Shown: positions 45,455-54,600 of the stretch, piece after piece
Layout of the letters: every line of letters starts with the position of its first letter
How positions within the stretch are numbered: position 1 is the stretch's first letter
Assembly (NCBI GenBank): GCA_964552535.1
Contig: CAZKHE010000001.1
Location: 27,976-91,975 of the forward strand
DNA length: 64,000 bases
Direction: 5' to 3'
From: an uncultured Enterobacteriaceae bacterium
Lineage (GTDB): Bacteria; Pseudomonadota; Gammaproteobacteria; Burkholderiales; SG8-39
Notes under the pieces: model-generated
The model's database searches: none
The model's input: the letters and a program-made list of their open reading frames with translations, nothing else
What the model was told of the DNA's origin: nothing
Program-made: the position numbers and the translations under genes

Positions 45455-47104
45455 CTATGCACGACGCGGCTGCTCTTCCGGACCGCTCCGGAACCATCGG
45501 AAGTCGTAGGGCTCGAGCTCGAGCCGGTGCGTCTGGTCCGCGGCGACGCTGTCGTTCCGCGCGAGGAGGTCCTCCAGCACGGGGCTGCCCGCCTGCGCCA
45601 CGGAGAGCGCGAGCCTGCGCCGCTCGCCGGCGAAGTTGTGGACCGTGACCAGCGTGCTGCCGCGCCAGTCGCAGCGCATCACGAGGACGCCCGGCGCCAT
45701 CCCGTCCAGCACCTGCCAGTCGCCCCAGCTGATCTCGGGACAGCCCTTGCGCGCCCGCAGCGTGCGCGCGATCCAGGAGAGCAGCGAGTCCTCGTCGCGC
45801 TGCTGGGCGCGCACGTTCACCTGCCGGTAACCGAACGGCCCGGTCTCGATCACCGGCCGGTAGAGCCGGTCGGCGGTCGAGAACCCGCCATGCTTCGCAT
45901 CGGACCACTGCATCGGCGTGCGGGCGGCTTCGCGTCCCGGCAGCGAGAGGTCGTCGCCCATGCCGATCTCGTCGCCGTAACCGAGCATGGGCGTGCCGGG
46001 CAGCGACAGGAGCAGGCTGTGCGCGAGCCGCAGGCGGCGGGCGTCGTTGTCGAGCATCGGCGCGAGGCGACGGCGGATGCCGCGGTGGAAGAGCTGCATG
46101 TCGGGCTCCGGGCCGAACGCAGCGAATACCGCTTCCCGCTGCTGCGGCTCGAGGCGGCCGAGGTCGAGCTCGTCGTGGCTGCGCAGAAAATTCACCCACT
46201 GCGCGTGCAGCGGGGGCTTCGCGGTGGCCCGCACGGACTCGACCAAGGGCGCTAGATCCGCCGTCGCCAGCGCGTAGAAGAGCGCCTGGTTGACCGGGAA
46301 GTTGAGCATCATGTGCAGGCGGTCGCCCCGAGGCCCGAAGTACTTGCCGCTCGCCTCCGCAGGAACGTTCGCCTCGGCGAGCAGCACCGCATCGCCCCGC
46401 CGCCACTGCAAGAACTCGCGCATCTCCTCGAGCAGGGTGAAGTCCTCCTGCTCCTCCGGCCCCGTGGAGCCGTGGGCGCGCTGGATCAGGAAGGGCACCG
46501 CGTCCAGCCGGAATCCCGACACGCCGAGCGCCAGCCAGAATCCCATGATGCGCATGATCTCGTCGCGCACCTGGGGGTTGGCGGTGTTGAGGTCCGGCTG
46601 GAAGCAGTAGAAGCGATGGAAGTAGTACGCGCCGGCCTGCTCGTCGAACGTCCAGGTCGTGTCCTGCTCGGGCGGAAACACCACGCCCTTCCCGGCGTCC
46701 TCGGGCCGCTCGTCGCGCCACAGATACCAGTCCCGCCGCGGTGCGTCGCGGCCGGCGCGCGCCTCCTGGAACCACGGGTGCTGCGCCGACGTGTGATTCA
46801 CCACGAGGTCCACGAGGACGCGCAGTCCCAGTTGCCGCGCGTGGTTCATGAACTCCACGAGCTCGCCGAGCGTTCCGTGCGAGGCATCGACGCCGTAGTA
46901 GTCCGCGACGTCGTAGCCGTTGTCCTGGTTGGGACTGGGATAGAACGGCAGGAGCCACACGCACGTCACGCCGAGGCCCGCCAGGTAGTCGAGCCGCCGC
47001 GTCAGTCCCGCGAAGTCGCCCATCCCGTCGCCGTTGCCGTCGGCGAACGAGCTCAGGTCGAGGCAGTAGATGACGGCGTTGCGGTACCAGAGATCGTCGA
47101 TCAC
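45455..47104 (-). CDS. GH13 alpha-amylase family protein, trehalose synthase (TreS)-like
   Basis: WYRNAVIYCL, GDFAGLTRRLDYLAGLGVTCVWLLPFYPSP, DLVVNHTS, GFRLDAVPFL, and FLRSHDELDL are present. GTG start. Confidence 0.88.
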   Translation of the reverse strand: MIDDLWYRNAVIYCLDLSSFADGNGDGMGDFAGLTRRLDYLAGLGVTCVWLLPFYPSPNQDNGYDVADYYGVDASHGTLGELVEFMNHARQLGLRVLVDLVVNHTSAQHPWFQEARAGRDAPRRDWYLWRDERPEDAGKGVVFPPEQDTTWTFDEQAGAYYFHRFYCFQPDLNTANPQVRDEIMRIMGFWLALGVSGFRLDAVPFLIQRAHGSTGPEEQEDFTLLEEMREFLQWRRGDAVLLAEANVPAEASGKYFGPRGDRLHMMLNFPVNQALFYALATADLAPLVESVRATAKPPLHAQWVNFLRSHDELDLGRLEPQQREAVFAAFGPEPDMQLFHRGIRRRLAPMLDNDARRLRLAHSLLLSLPGTPMLGYGDEIGMGDDLSLPGREAARTPMQWSDAKHGGFSTADRLYRPVIETGPFGYRQVNVRAQQRDEDSLLSWIARTLRARKGCPEISWGDWQVLDGMAPGVLVMRCDWRGSTLVTVHNFAGERRRLALSVAQAGSPVLEDLLARNDSVAADQTHRLELEPYDFRWFRSGPEEQPRRA

Positions 47105-47174
47105 CGGAGCCGTGGACGCAGGCTTCGTGCCCGTCGGACGCGATCGGTCCCGGCAGACCGACCGCGCCGTCTGC

Positions 47175-48065
47175 TCAGCGCGCCTGCACCCGGCCGTTCT
47201 CGTCGGAGATCACGATCTCCACGCGGCGATTCTGCTGACGCCCGACCGCGGTGTCGTTGCTCGCGACCGGATATGCCTCGCCGTGGGGCTGGACGTCGAT
47301 GCGATCGACCGCGACGCCGCGGTTGAGCAGCGCGCCGCGCACCGCGGACGCGCGCCGCTCGGAAAGGCGGTAGTTCATGTCCTCGCCGCCGGTGCTGTCG
47401 GTGAACCCCTCGATCAGCACCTGCCGCTGCGGATTGTCCTTCAGGAACGCGGCGAGCCGGTCGATCTGCCGCATCGCGCCGGCGCGCAGTTCGGCCTCGC
47501 CCGTGTCGAACAGGACGTCGCCGAGCGTCACCACCATGCCGCGCGGGGTCTGCTGCGCCTGCATCTCCTTCAACTGCTGCTGCAGCCGTTCGTTCGCGCG
47601 TGCCTGCTCCTCGAACGCCTGGCTCGCGGTCTGCGCGCGCTGCTGCGCGACGTCGGCGGTCTGCCGCGCGGCCTCGGCGCGCTGCCGTGCGAGATCCGCC
47701 TCGCGGGTGCGTGCCTGCAGCAGGACCCGCTCGCGCGCCTCGCCGAGCGCGCGCGCCTGCTCGTCGGCGGTCCGCAGCCGGGCCACGTCCTGCGCGAGCA
47801 ATGCGCGCTCGCGCGCGAGGTACGCGTAGTGATTGACGTCGGCAGTGTCCTCACCGTCGCGCCACAGGGCGGTGGCGCGGTCGAGCGCCTCCTCGGCGCC
47901 GCGCAGCTCGGTGCCTGCGGCGCGCGACACGGCGGCGTCCGCGCGCGCTGCGGCGACGGCGCTGCGCGCCTCGTCGAGCGTGGCGTTGCGCATCGGCGTG
48001 GTGGTGCAGGCGGCGAGCGTCAGCGTCGCGAGCGCGGTCGCGACGACGGTCTTCATGGGCTTCAT
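47175..48065 (-). CDS. OmpA-family lipoprotein with N-terminal DUF4398-like helical region and coiled coil
   Basis: ATG at 48065. Lipobox LAAC. The C-terminal OmpA_C motif is FDTGEAELRAGAMRQIDRLAAFLKDNP...LIEGFTDSTGGEDMNYRLSERRASAV. Confidence 0.85.
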   Translation of the reverse strand: MKPMKTVVATALATLTLAACTTTPMRNATLDEARSAVAAARADAAVSRAAGTELRGAEEALDRATALWRDGEDTADVNHYAYLARERALLAQDVARLRTADEQARALGEARERVLLQARTREADLARQRAEAARQTADVAQQRAQTASQAFEEQARANERLQQQLKEMQAQQTPRGMVVTLGDVLFDTGEAELRAGAMRQIDRLAAFLKDNPQRQVLIEGFTDSTGGEDMNYRLSERRASAVRGALLNRGVAVDRIDVQPHGEAYPVASNDTAVGRQQNRRVEIVISDENGRVQAR

Positions 48066-48108
48066 CGTCGTCTCCTCGTGGGTTGCGGTCAAAGGGCGAT
48101 CGGGCCGG

Positions 48109-48507
48109 TCATCGGGCGGCCGGTGGCCGCGCCGCCTCCTGCTCGAGCGCGCGGATGCTCTCGCGCAGTTCGGCGAGCGCCTTGTCGGCCCGGTCCGCGT
48201 TGGCCTTGGCCGCCGCGCGACGCGCGTCGACCTCGGCCTCCTCGAGCAGCCGCCGGGCACGGGCGTTGTCCTCGTCCTTGATCGCGGCCCGCGCCTCGCT
48301 GATCTTCGCGCGCGCCCGCTCCAGTTCCACGCTCGCCGTCGTGGCGGCGCCGGTGCTCTGCGCGTTGCGAAACTCCGTCTCGGTCACCGCAAGCTGCTCC
48401 TTGGGCGGTGGCACCGAGGCGCATGCGGCGAGCAGTGCGGTGCTGGCGGCGAGGCCAGCGAGTCCAACGGAACGGATGGCACGTCGATTAGAAAAGTTCC
48501 AATGCAT
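48109..48507 (-). CDS. DUF4398-like lipoprotein
   Basis: ATG at 48507. Lipobox LLAAC. Helical Ala/Arg/Glu-rich body paralogous to the N-terminus of the adjacent OmpA-family gene. Confidence 0.6.
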   Translation of the reverse strand: MHWNFSNRRAIRSVGLAGLAASTALLAACASVPPPKEQLAVTETEFRNAQSTGAATTASVELERARAKISEARAAIKDEDNARARRLLEEAEVDARRAAAKANADRADKALAELRESIRALEQEAARPPAAR

Positions 48508-48827
48508 GGCGAACCTTTCCTGCTGGTCAATGGGTTTCGGCCGCGGCCGGCGGGGCCGCAGAAGGGACGCAGCCGAGGGGGGAGACGCCGCCCGGCTTCT
48601 GCAGCAGAAAAAGCAAGATCGACGCCCGTCACTGCGATCGTGCGGACGCGACCCTGCATTCACGTGTGCAAAGGCCCCGCTACCGCAAACGACCGTTGGT
48701 ACCTTGAGTTCAGGACAACCGGAAGGAGGTCGCTATCGAGCGGATCGCCCGTCCGGAGGGTCGTCGGCGCGGGCCAGGGTGGGCTCTTCCTGCGCACCGC
48801 GTATGTGGCGTCGTCGCCGGCGTAACG

Positions 48828-49235
48828 TTGGTAGCGCCTCGCCGGGTTGAAGCTGACCGCCTGGAACCAGCGTCCCCACTTGTGCGAGCCGGGGAGGTGT
48901 CGCTCATCTTCGACGATCGCGCGATCATGGCGGACCGCATCCAGCGCCTGCGCCATCCCAAACTGTACGCGCAGATCCCCGCATCCAGGACTGTGCGACA
49001 GGTCTCCAACTTCGAACTGTTGCAGGCGGAGGGAGCCGGGGGCGAGCTCGAGGTCGGTTCGGTGTTCTTCATGTACCAGTACCGGGCTACGCTGGCCGTG
49101 CCCATCGAGCGGACTTTCGCCGGCCGCTACCGGCATCGGTTGCGGAGCGAAGGCGACGGCTTCCGGATCGTCTGGAAGAAGGCAATCCTGGCCAACTGTG
49201 ATGCGACCTTTGAACCCCTGTTTCTCTACTTCTGA
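48828..49235 (+). pseudogene. Orphan, probably N-terminally truncated ring-hydroxylating dioxygenase beta-subunit-like (SnoaL-fold) ORF
   Basis: The only start is a TTG. The sequence LIFDDRAIMADRIQRL...SRTVRQVSNFELL...FAGRYRHRLRSEGDGFRIVWKKAILAN matches the C-terminal three quarters of RHD beta subunits. The in-frame upstream sequence does not look like the missing N-terminus. No alpha subunit lies nearby. Confidence 0.4.
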
Positions 49236-49501
49236 GCGGGCAGGTCCCCGTCGTCACCGCATCCGATCAGGGAAGCCGCCGCCGCGCCGGCTGCGGGAAC
49301 GGATCGACGGGCTCGTCCCAAGCGGAGCGCTCCCGGCTTGACGAGCCGCCACTCGCCTCGGCCATCTGGCCGACCACGCCCGCTGCTGCGTTGCGTTACG
49401 TTTGCGGAGTTGCGGAGTACGCTGTATACGCGCGACCGGCCATGTCGGTCGCGCCGCTCAGGAAGGACCCGGCTCTCGCCGCACAGCAAGGGAGGCGTCA
49501 G

Positions 49502-51592
49502 ATGTCGAGCGGCAAACCGTTGCCCGGATTCGAGGACCGCGCCCCGCCCGACCGGTATTGCGACCTCATCCTGACCGGAGGCGTCACCAGCGCCATCGCC
49601 TACCCGGGCGCCATCTTCGCGCTCGCCACCGCGTATCGCTTCAACAGCATCGGCGGATCGTCCTCGGGCGCCGGGACCGCCGCGCTCGCCGCCGCCGCGG
49701 AGTACCGCCGCCGTCACGGCTCGCCGGAGGGCTTCCGTCTCCTCCTGGAGCGGACCGCCGAGGTGGCCGACGTGAAGGAGGACGGGAAGACCCTGCTCGA
49801 GTGGCTGTTCCAGCCGGCCGCGGACTGTGGGCGGCTGTTCGCTGCACTGGTGCCCGGCTTCGCCTCGCCGGTCAACAAGGGCAAATTGGTCTCGATGCAC
49901 GTGGCGAAGGTTTACGGCTCACGAGGCCTCGTACTCGCCATTGGCGCTACCGCGACTGCGGGGGCGCTTGCCCACGCCGTTCACGCCCTGCTCGGATGGC
50001 CTGCACCGACGCCAGGGGTACTGACCGGAGCCGCGTTCATGATCGCTTGGGCGCTGTTCGCCCTGTGGCTCGTGTACGTCGACGTGCGGCGCATGGTGAA
50101 CCGCGACTACGGTCTCTGCACCGGATACGAGCGCTCGCCGGGCGCCGCGCAGCCGCCGCTGACCGAGTGGCTGCACGCGCTCATCCAGGAGATCGCCGGA
50201 CGCCGCCCCGACCAAGCGCCCCTGACCTTTCACGACCTCGCCACGGCCCCGGGCTCGCCGCGGGACACGCTGGGCGATGCCAGCCCGCCGGGTGCGGTGT
50301 CGATCAACCTTCAGATGTACACCGCAAACCTGACCCACGGACGGCCGTACGTCTTTCCGCAGGAGCGAACGGGCTCCGCCGGCGCGCACGCGAACGCGCC
50401 GCCGGAGGCGGAGGCGGACGCGCTGTACTTCCGTCCGTGGGAGCTGCGGCGGCTGTTCCCCGCCGACGTGATCGAGCACATGAAGACCGATCCGGTCACC
50501 GGCGCGTCCAATCGCTATGTCGGCAGCGTCGTGCCCGACGAGCCGCGCCGCGAGCGCGCCTTCTGGGAGCACTGGTGGCCATCGTCATCGCCGCGCACCG
50601 CCGACGACGAAGCGGACAACACGCTGTGGCGCCTGCCGCGCGAGCACCTGCCGATCCTGGTCGCAGCGCGCATGAGCATCAGCTTCCCGGTGCTGTTCTC
50701 CGGGGTGCCGCTGTGGGCGATGGAACGAAAGAACCAGAGCCTCGACGCCGATGACGGCCAGCACAACAGGGTCTTCCGGCGTTGCGTCTTCTCCGACGGC
50801 AGCCTCTGCTCCAACTTTCCCATCCATCTCTTCGACAGCTGGCTGCCCGCGTGGCCGACCTTTGGCATCTCCCTGCAGGAGCGCGTCCCGGACCCCGCGA
50901 ATCCCCCGCCTCGTCAACGCCTCTGGAAACGGGCCGCGACGCGGGACGTGACCGTGACCCTGCCCGATGACCATCGCGCCGGCCGGCACAACCGCTGGAA
51001 CAATTTCGACTACGAGCCCGGTGCGAGCGCGCGCCTGTTCTCGTTCGTGAACGCCATGCTCTCGACCACGATGAACTGGAGCGACGCGACGCTCGCGCGC
51101 CTGCCCGGCGTGCGCGACCGTGTCGCGGAGGTCACCCTGGAGCCCGGGATCGGCGGCCTCAACATCCGCATGACGCCCGGGCAAATCCGGAAGCTTGCCG
51201 ACGGTGGCGCCGACGCCGGGGTGGAGCTGCTGAAGCGCTTCGCCGGGCGCGGCCGCACAAGGGCGGGCGAACTCGCCGACGGCTGGAACGAGCACCGCTG
51301 GGTGCGGTTCAACGTGCTGCGCGACAGCCTCACTGCCGGGCTCGCGGGTCTGACGTGGTCGGCCTCGCAGCGGCGTTACGCCAAGCCCATCCGCGAGCTC
51401 ATCCGCGAGGCGACGCGCGAGCCGCCCCTCGCCGGCGACGCCACATCGCAGATTCATGCTGCCCAGGCGGCGGCACTCGAGGCGGTGCTGAACGCACTGA
51501 TGCAGGCGGAGCGCGCGCTCACCCGTCCGACGGTGACCCAGCCGTATGCGCCATCGCCGCGGCCGGCGATGCGCGTGCGGCCGCCACTGTAG
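49502..51592 (+). CDS. Patatin-like phospholipase family protein (long form with hydrophobic insertion and large C-terminal extension)
   Basis: Preferred start is ATG 49502 (SD gggagg); alternatives are ATG 49442 and the track start 49391. Oxyanion region DLILTGGVTSAIAYPG. Nucleophile elbow GGSSSG (Ser codon 49661-49663). Catalytic Asp in FSDGSL (50795-50797). Confidence 0.8.
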   Translation: MSSGKPLPGFEDRAPPDRYCDLILTGGVTSAIAYPGAIFALATAYRFNSIGGSSSGAGTAALAAAAEYRRRHGSPEGFRLLLERTAEVADVKEDGKTLLEWLFQPAADCGRLFAALVPGFASPVNKGKLVSMHVAKVYGSRGLVLAIGATATAGALAHAVHALLGWPAPTPGVLTGAAFMIAWALFALWLVYVDVRRMVNRDYGLCTGYERSPGAAQPPLTEWLHALIQEIAGRRPDQAPLTFHDLATAPGSPRDTLGDASPPGAVSINLQMYTANLTHGRPYVFPQERTGSAGAHANAPPEAEADALYFRPWELRRLFPADVIEHMKTDPVTGASNRYVGSVVPDEPRRERAFWEHWWPSSSPRTADDEADNTLWRLPREHLPILVAARMSISFPVLFSGVPLWAMERKNQSLDADDGQHNRVFRRCVFSDGSLCSNFPIHLFDSWLPAWPTFGISLQERVPDPANPPPRQRLWKRAATRDVTVTLPDDHRAGRHNRWNNFDYEPGASARLFSFVNAMLSTTMNWSDATLARLPGVRDRVAEVTLEPGIGGLNIRMTPGQIRKLADGGADAGVELLKRFAGRGRTRAGELADGWNEHRWVRFNVLRDSLTAGLAGLTWSASQRRYAKPIRELIREATREPPLAGDATSQIHAAQAAALEAVLNALMQAERALTRPTVTQPYAPSPRPAMRVRPPL

Positions 51593-51622
51593 CGAACGTC
51601 GTCCTCCTCGAGGGAGACAGCC

Positions 51623-54600
51623 ATGCAGTTCGAGCTCCAGAACAAGTCGCGCAGCCTGCTCGGCGTGACGGACCTCACCCTGGCCGCCCCCATCAAGCGC
51701 GGACTCATCCCCGCGCTCGACTCGCGCAGCTATGAAAGCCGGCTGCGCGTGCTGCTCAGGACGCTCAGCACGCTGCGCGTGTCCTCGCTGGAAGCCGAGC
51801 CGACGCCGCTGATCGCCGACGCCGTCGACCGCATCCGCGCCATCCACTCGTTCCGCCTGGCCATCGTCGGCGAGGATCAGCGCCAGCTCCTGCTCGCGGT
51901 CGCCTTCGACGGCGGCTGGGAGCCCTACATGCGGCGCATCTGGCGCGATCTCGGGCCGCTGCTCGACGTCATCTTCTGCAACTGCGAGGGCTACCTCATC
52001 TCCCGCGAGCACGTGTTCGCCGAGTACGCGGGATGGGTGCGCCGCGCGCAGGTAGCCACGGAGTTCTTCTACAACGCGAGCCCGCTCACGGTGAGCGACC
52101 TGCATTACCTGCGCGAAGCGGAGCGTCGGCGTCGCGACTGCGGCGCGCCGCCCGCGGCGGTCGGGGACAAGGTCGAGCAGGCAATGCCGGCGCTGACCGC
52201 GCTCTATCGTCTGACGGATCTCTATCCGCCCGCGAGCGCCGGTATCGCGAGCCTGAGCGGTCCGGGTGACGGCGCGTGTCTGCTGCGTGCCGCGCATCAT
52301 CTCCTCCACGATGTCGCCGACGACCTGCGACGTACGGAACCGGCGTCGCGCAACGCACCGGCCGAGCGTGCGGCGCTCGCGTGGTTCAGGCAATCCGACG
52401 CGCAGCCGCCGAGGGAACCGTCCGCCGCCGTGAGCTGGGACCCCAGCCGCGCGCAGGGCGGCATCGTCGAGCCGTACGCCGGGGTGTCGCATGCCTGCCT
52501 GCTGCTCATCGAGTTCGCCGACGAGAAGGGCGCTGCGGCGTTCGTCGGCGACCACACGTCGGGCGTGCTGGGGGCCCTTGGAGCGGCCGACGGCACCGCC
52601 GCCAAGCCGTTCGTCAACGTCGGCTTCACCGCGCAAGGGCTGAAGGTCGCGGGCGTCCCGGCCGGCACGCTGGAGCAGTTTCCCTTCGAGTTCCGCGAGG
52701 GCATGGCCGCGCGGGCGAGCATCCTCGGCGACCTGCACTACAACCATCCGACGCGCTGGACGCTCCCTGAACGCAACTGGCCCGAACGCCCGAGCGACCC
52801 TGCGTCCCGGGTCGAGATGACCTGCGTCCACGCGATCGTGCAGCTCTCGTGCCGCAGCAAGCTCTCCCTCGATTGGGACGACTTCGCCGGCAACGACCGG
52901 CATCCGCTCCGCGCGTTCATCCGGAAGTTCCACGATGACCTGCACAAGGCGGGCGTCCGCATCCTCTCCGTGCAGGCCATGCAGCGCTTCTCAGAGGGGC
53001 CGGAGACCACGCCGCGCGGACACTTCGGCTTTCTCGACGGCATCAGCCAGCCGAGCCTCGAGGGGGGCACCGGCGCGCCGTGGGACCGGTTCAAGGTCGG
53101 CGATCTCTTTCTCGGCCACGAGAATTCGGTCGGCGATGAGCCGGTCACGGGACGGCTCTGGGACGACAGCACGTTCCTCGTCGTGCGCAAGCTCCGGCAG
53201 GACGTGGCCGCGCTCGACGACGCGGTCGCGGGGCTGGGCAGCGAGGCCGCGAAGCTCGCGAAGGCGAAGATGATGGGGCGCCGGCTGGACGGCGAAAATC
53301 TGGTGGATGGCCGCGCGGGCAACGACTTCGACTTCTCGCAGGATCCCGACGGCGGCAAGTGCCCGCTGCAATCCCACATCCGGCGCGCGAATCCGCGCGC
53401 GCTGCGCGACGACCTCGCGACGGTGCCGCGCATCGTCCGGCGCGGCATGTCGTACGGGCCGCGCCGGGTCGAGCCGGGCCAGGCGAGCGAGCGCGGCGTC
53501 GTCTTCATGGCCTACTGCGCCTCCATCGCCGAGCAGTTCGAAGTCATCCAGGCCTGGCTCAGCGGCGGCAACAGCACCGGGGACGGCAGCTACTCCGGGC
53601 TGCGCGACCCGTTCATCGGCGTGCCGCAGCCCGGCGACCCGCACACCTTCGTCTATCGCGACGACAGGGGCAGGGAGGTGCGCCTCCCGCTCGATCCCGA
53701 CCGGCCCTTCGTCAAGCTGGAGTGGGGAGCGTATCTCTTCGTGCCCTCGATCCGCGCGCTGGAGGAGCTGAAGGCGATTGCGAGCGAAGCACCCGGCGAG
53801 GCGTCGGACGGGCGGAGGCAGGGCCAGGCGACGGACAAGCGCGAGAAGGCGCGCGAGCGCGAACGCACCGCGCAGGCGATGAAGGGCGCGGCGGTGATCG
53901 GCCGCCTGCAACTGCTGGAGCAGTTGCAGGGTCCCGAGGCGGCACGCACGCAATGGAAGATCGCTCTGGAGGACGTGAGCGCGCGCATCAGCGGCATGAG
54001 CCAGTTCATCTGGACCGCGATCCGCGAGCACTACGGCGGGACGCTGCGCACACCCTACGGCGTGCTGGTCGGCAGCCGTGCGCTGGTGATGCAAGTCTTC
54101 GACAACCGGGGCGATCTCTACTCGGTGCAGGGCTATGCCGACCGCATGAAGCAGTCGTTCGGCGAGATCTACCTCGGCATGGATCGCCTCGCGTACGCGC
54201 GCAGCGTGGCCGGCAACGTGAACGAAGCCCTCATGGCGGTCACGGAGCACGAGGCCTTCGAGTCCGCCCGGCACGTGACCGGCGACGTCGTGCGGCGCCT
54301 CGTGCCCGCCGGCGACGAGGCGACCATCGAGGTGAAGGACCTGGTCGACGAGGTGCTGGCAGCCCTCAGCGCGAAATGGTTCGGAATCCCCGATCCCGGA
54401 GGATCGTACGTCGTCTCCGGCGGCTGGCACTGGAGGGGCCCCAATGAGCTTCCCACGTGCCCCGGCCACTTCCACTCCCCGTCGCGCTACATGTTCCAGC
54501 CCGATCCCGGCACCGAGGCCAGCGAGGCCGGGCAGCGTCACGGCCAGGCGCTGTACGCAAGCGTGAGGGCGTTTGTCGACGCGCATCGCGGCGCGCGTAC

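Noticed and set aside
49390-49441. The repeated ttgcg motifs and GTATAC palindrome (ttgcgttacgtttgcggagttgcggagtacgctgtatacgcg) upstream of the patatin gene were considered as a promoter or operator.
   Set aside because: No convincing -35/-10 spacing could be derived, and part of it may be translated if the 49442 or 49391 starts are used. It is noted only as a place to look when mapping the operon's 5' end.
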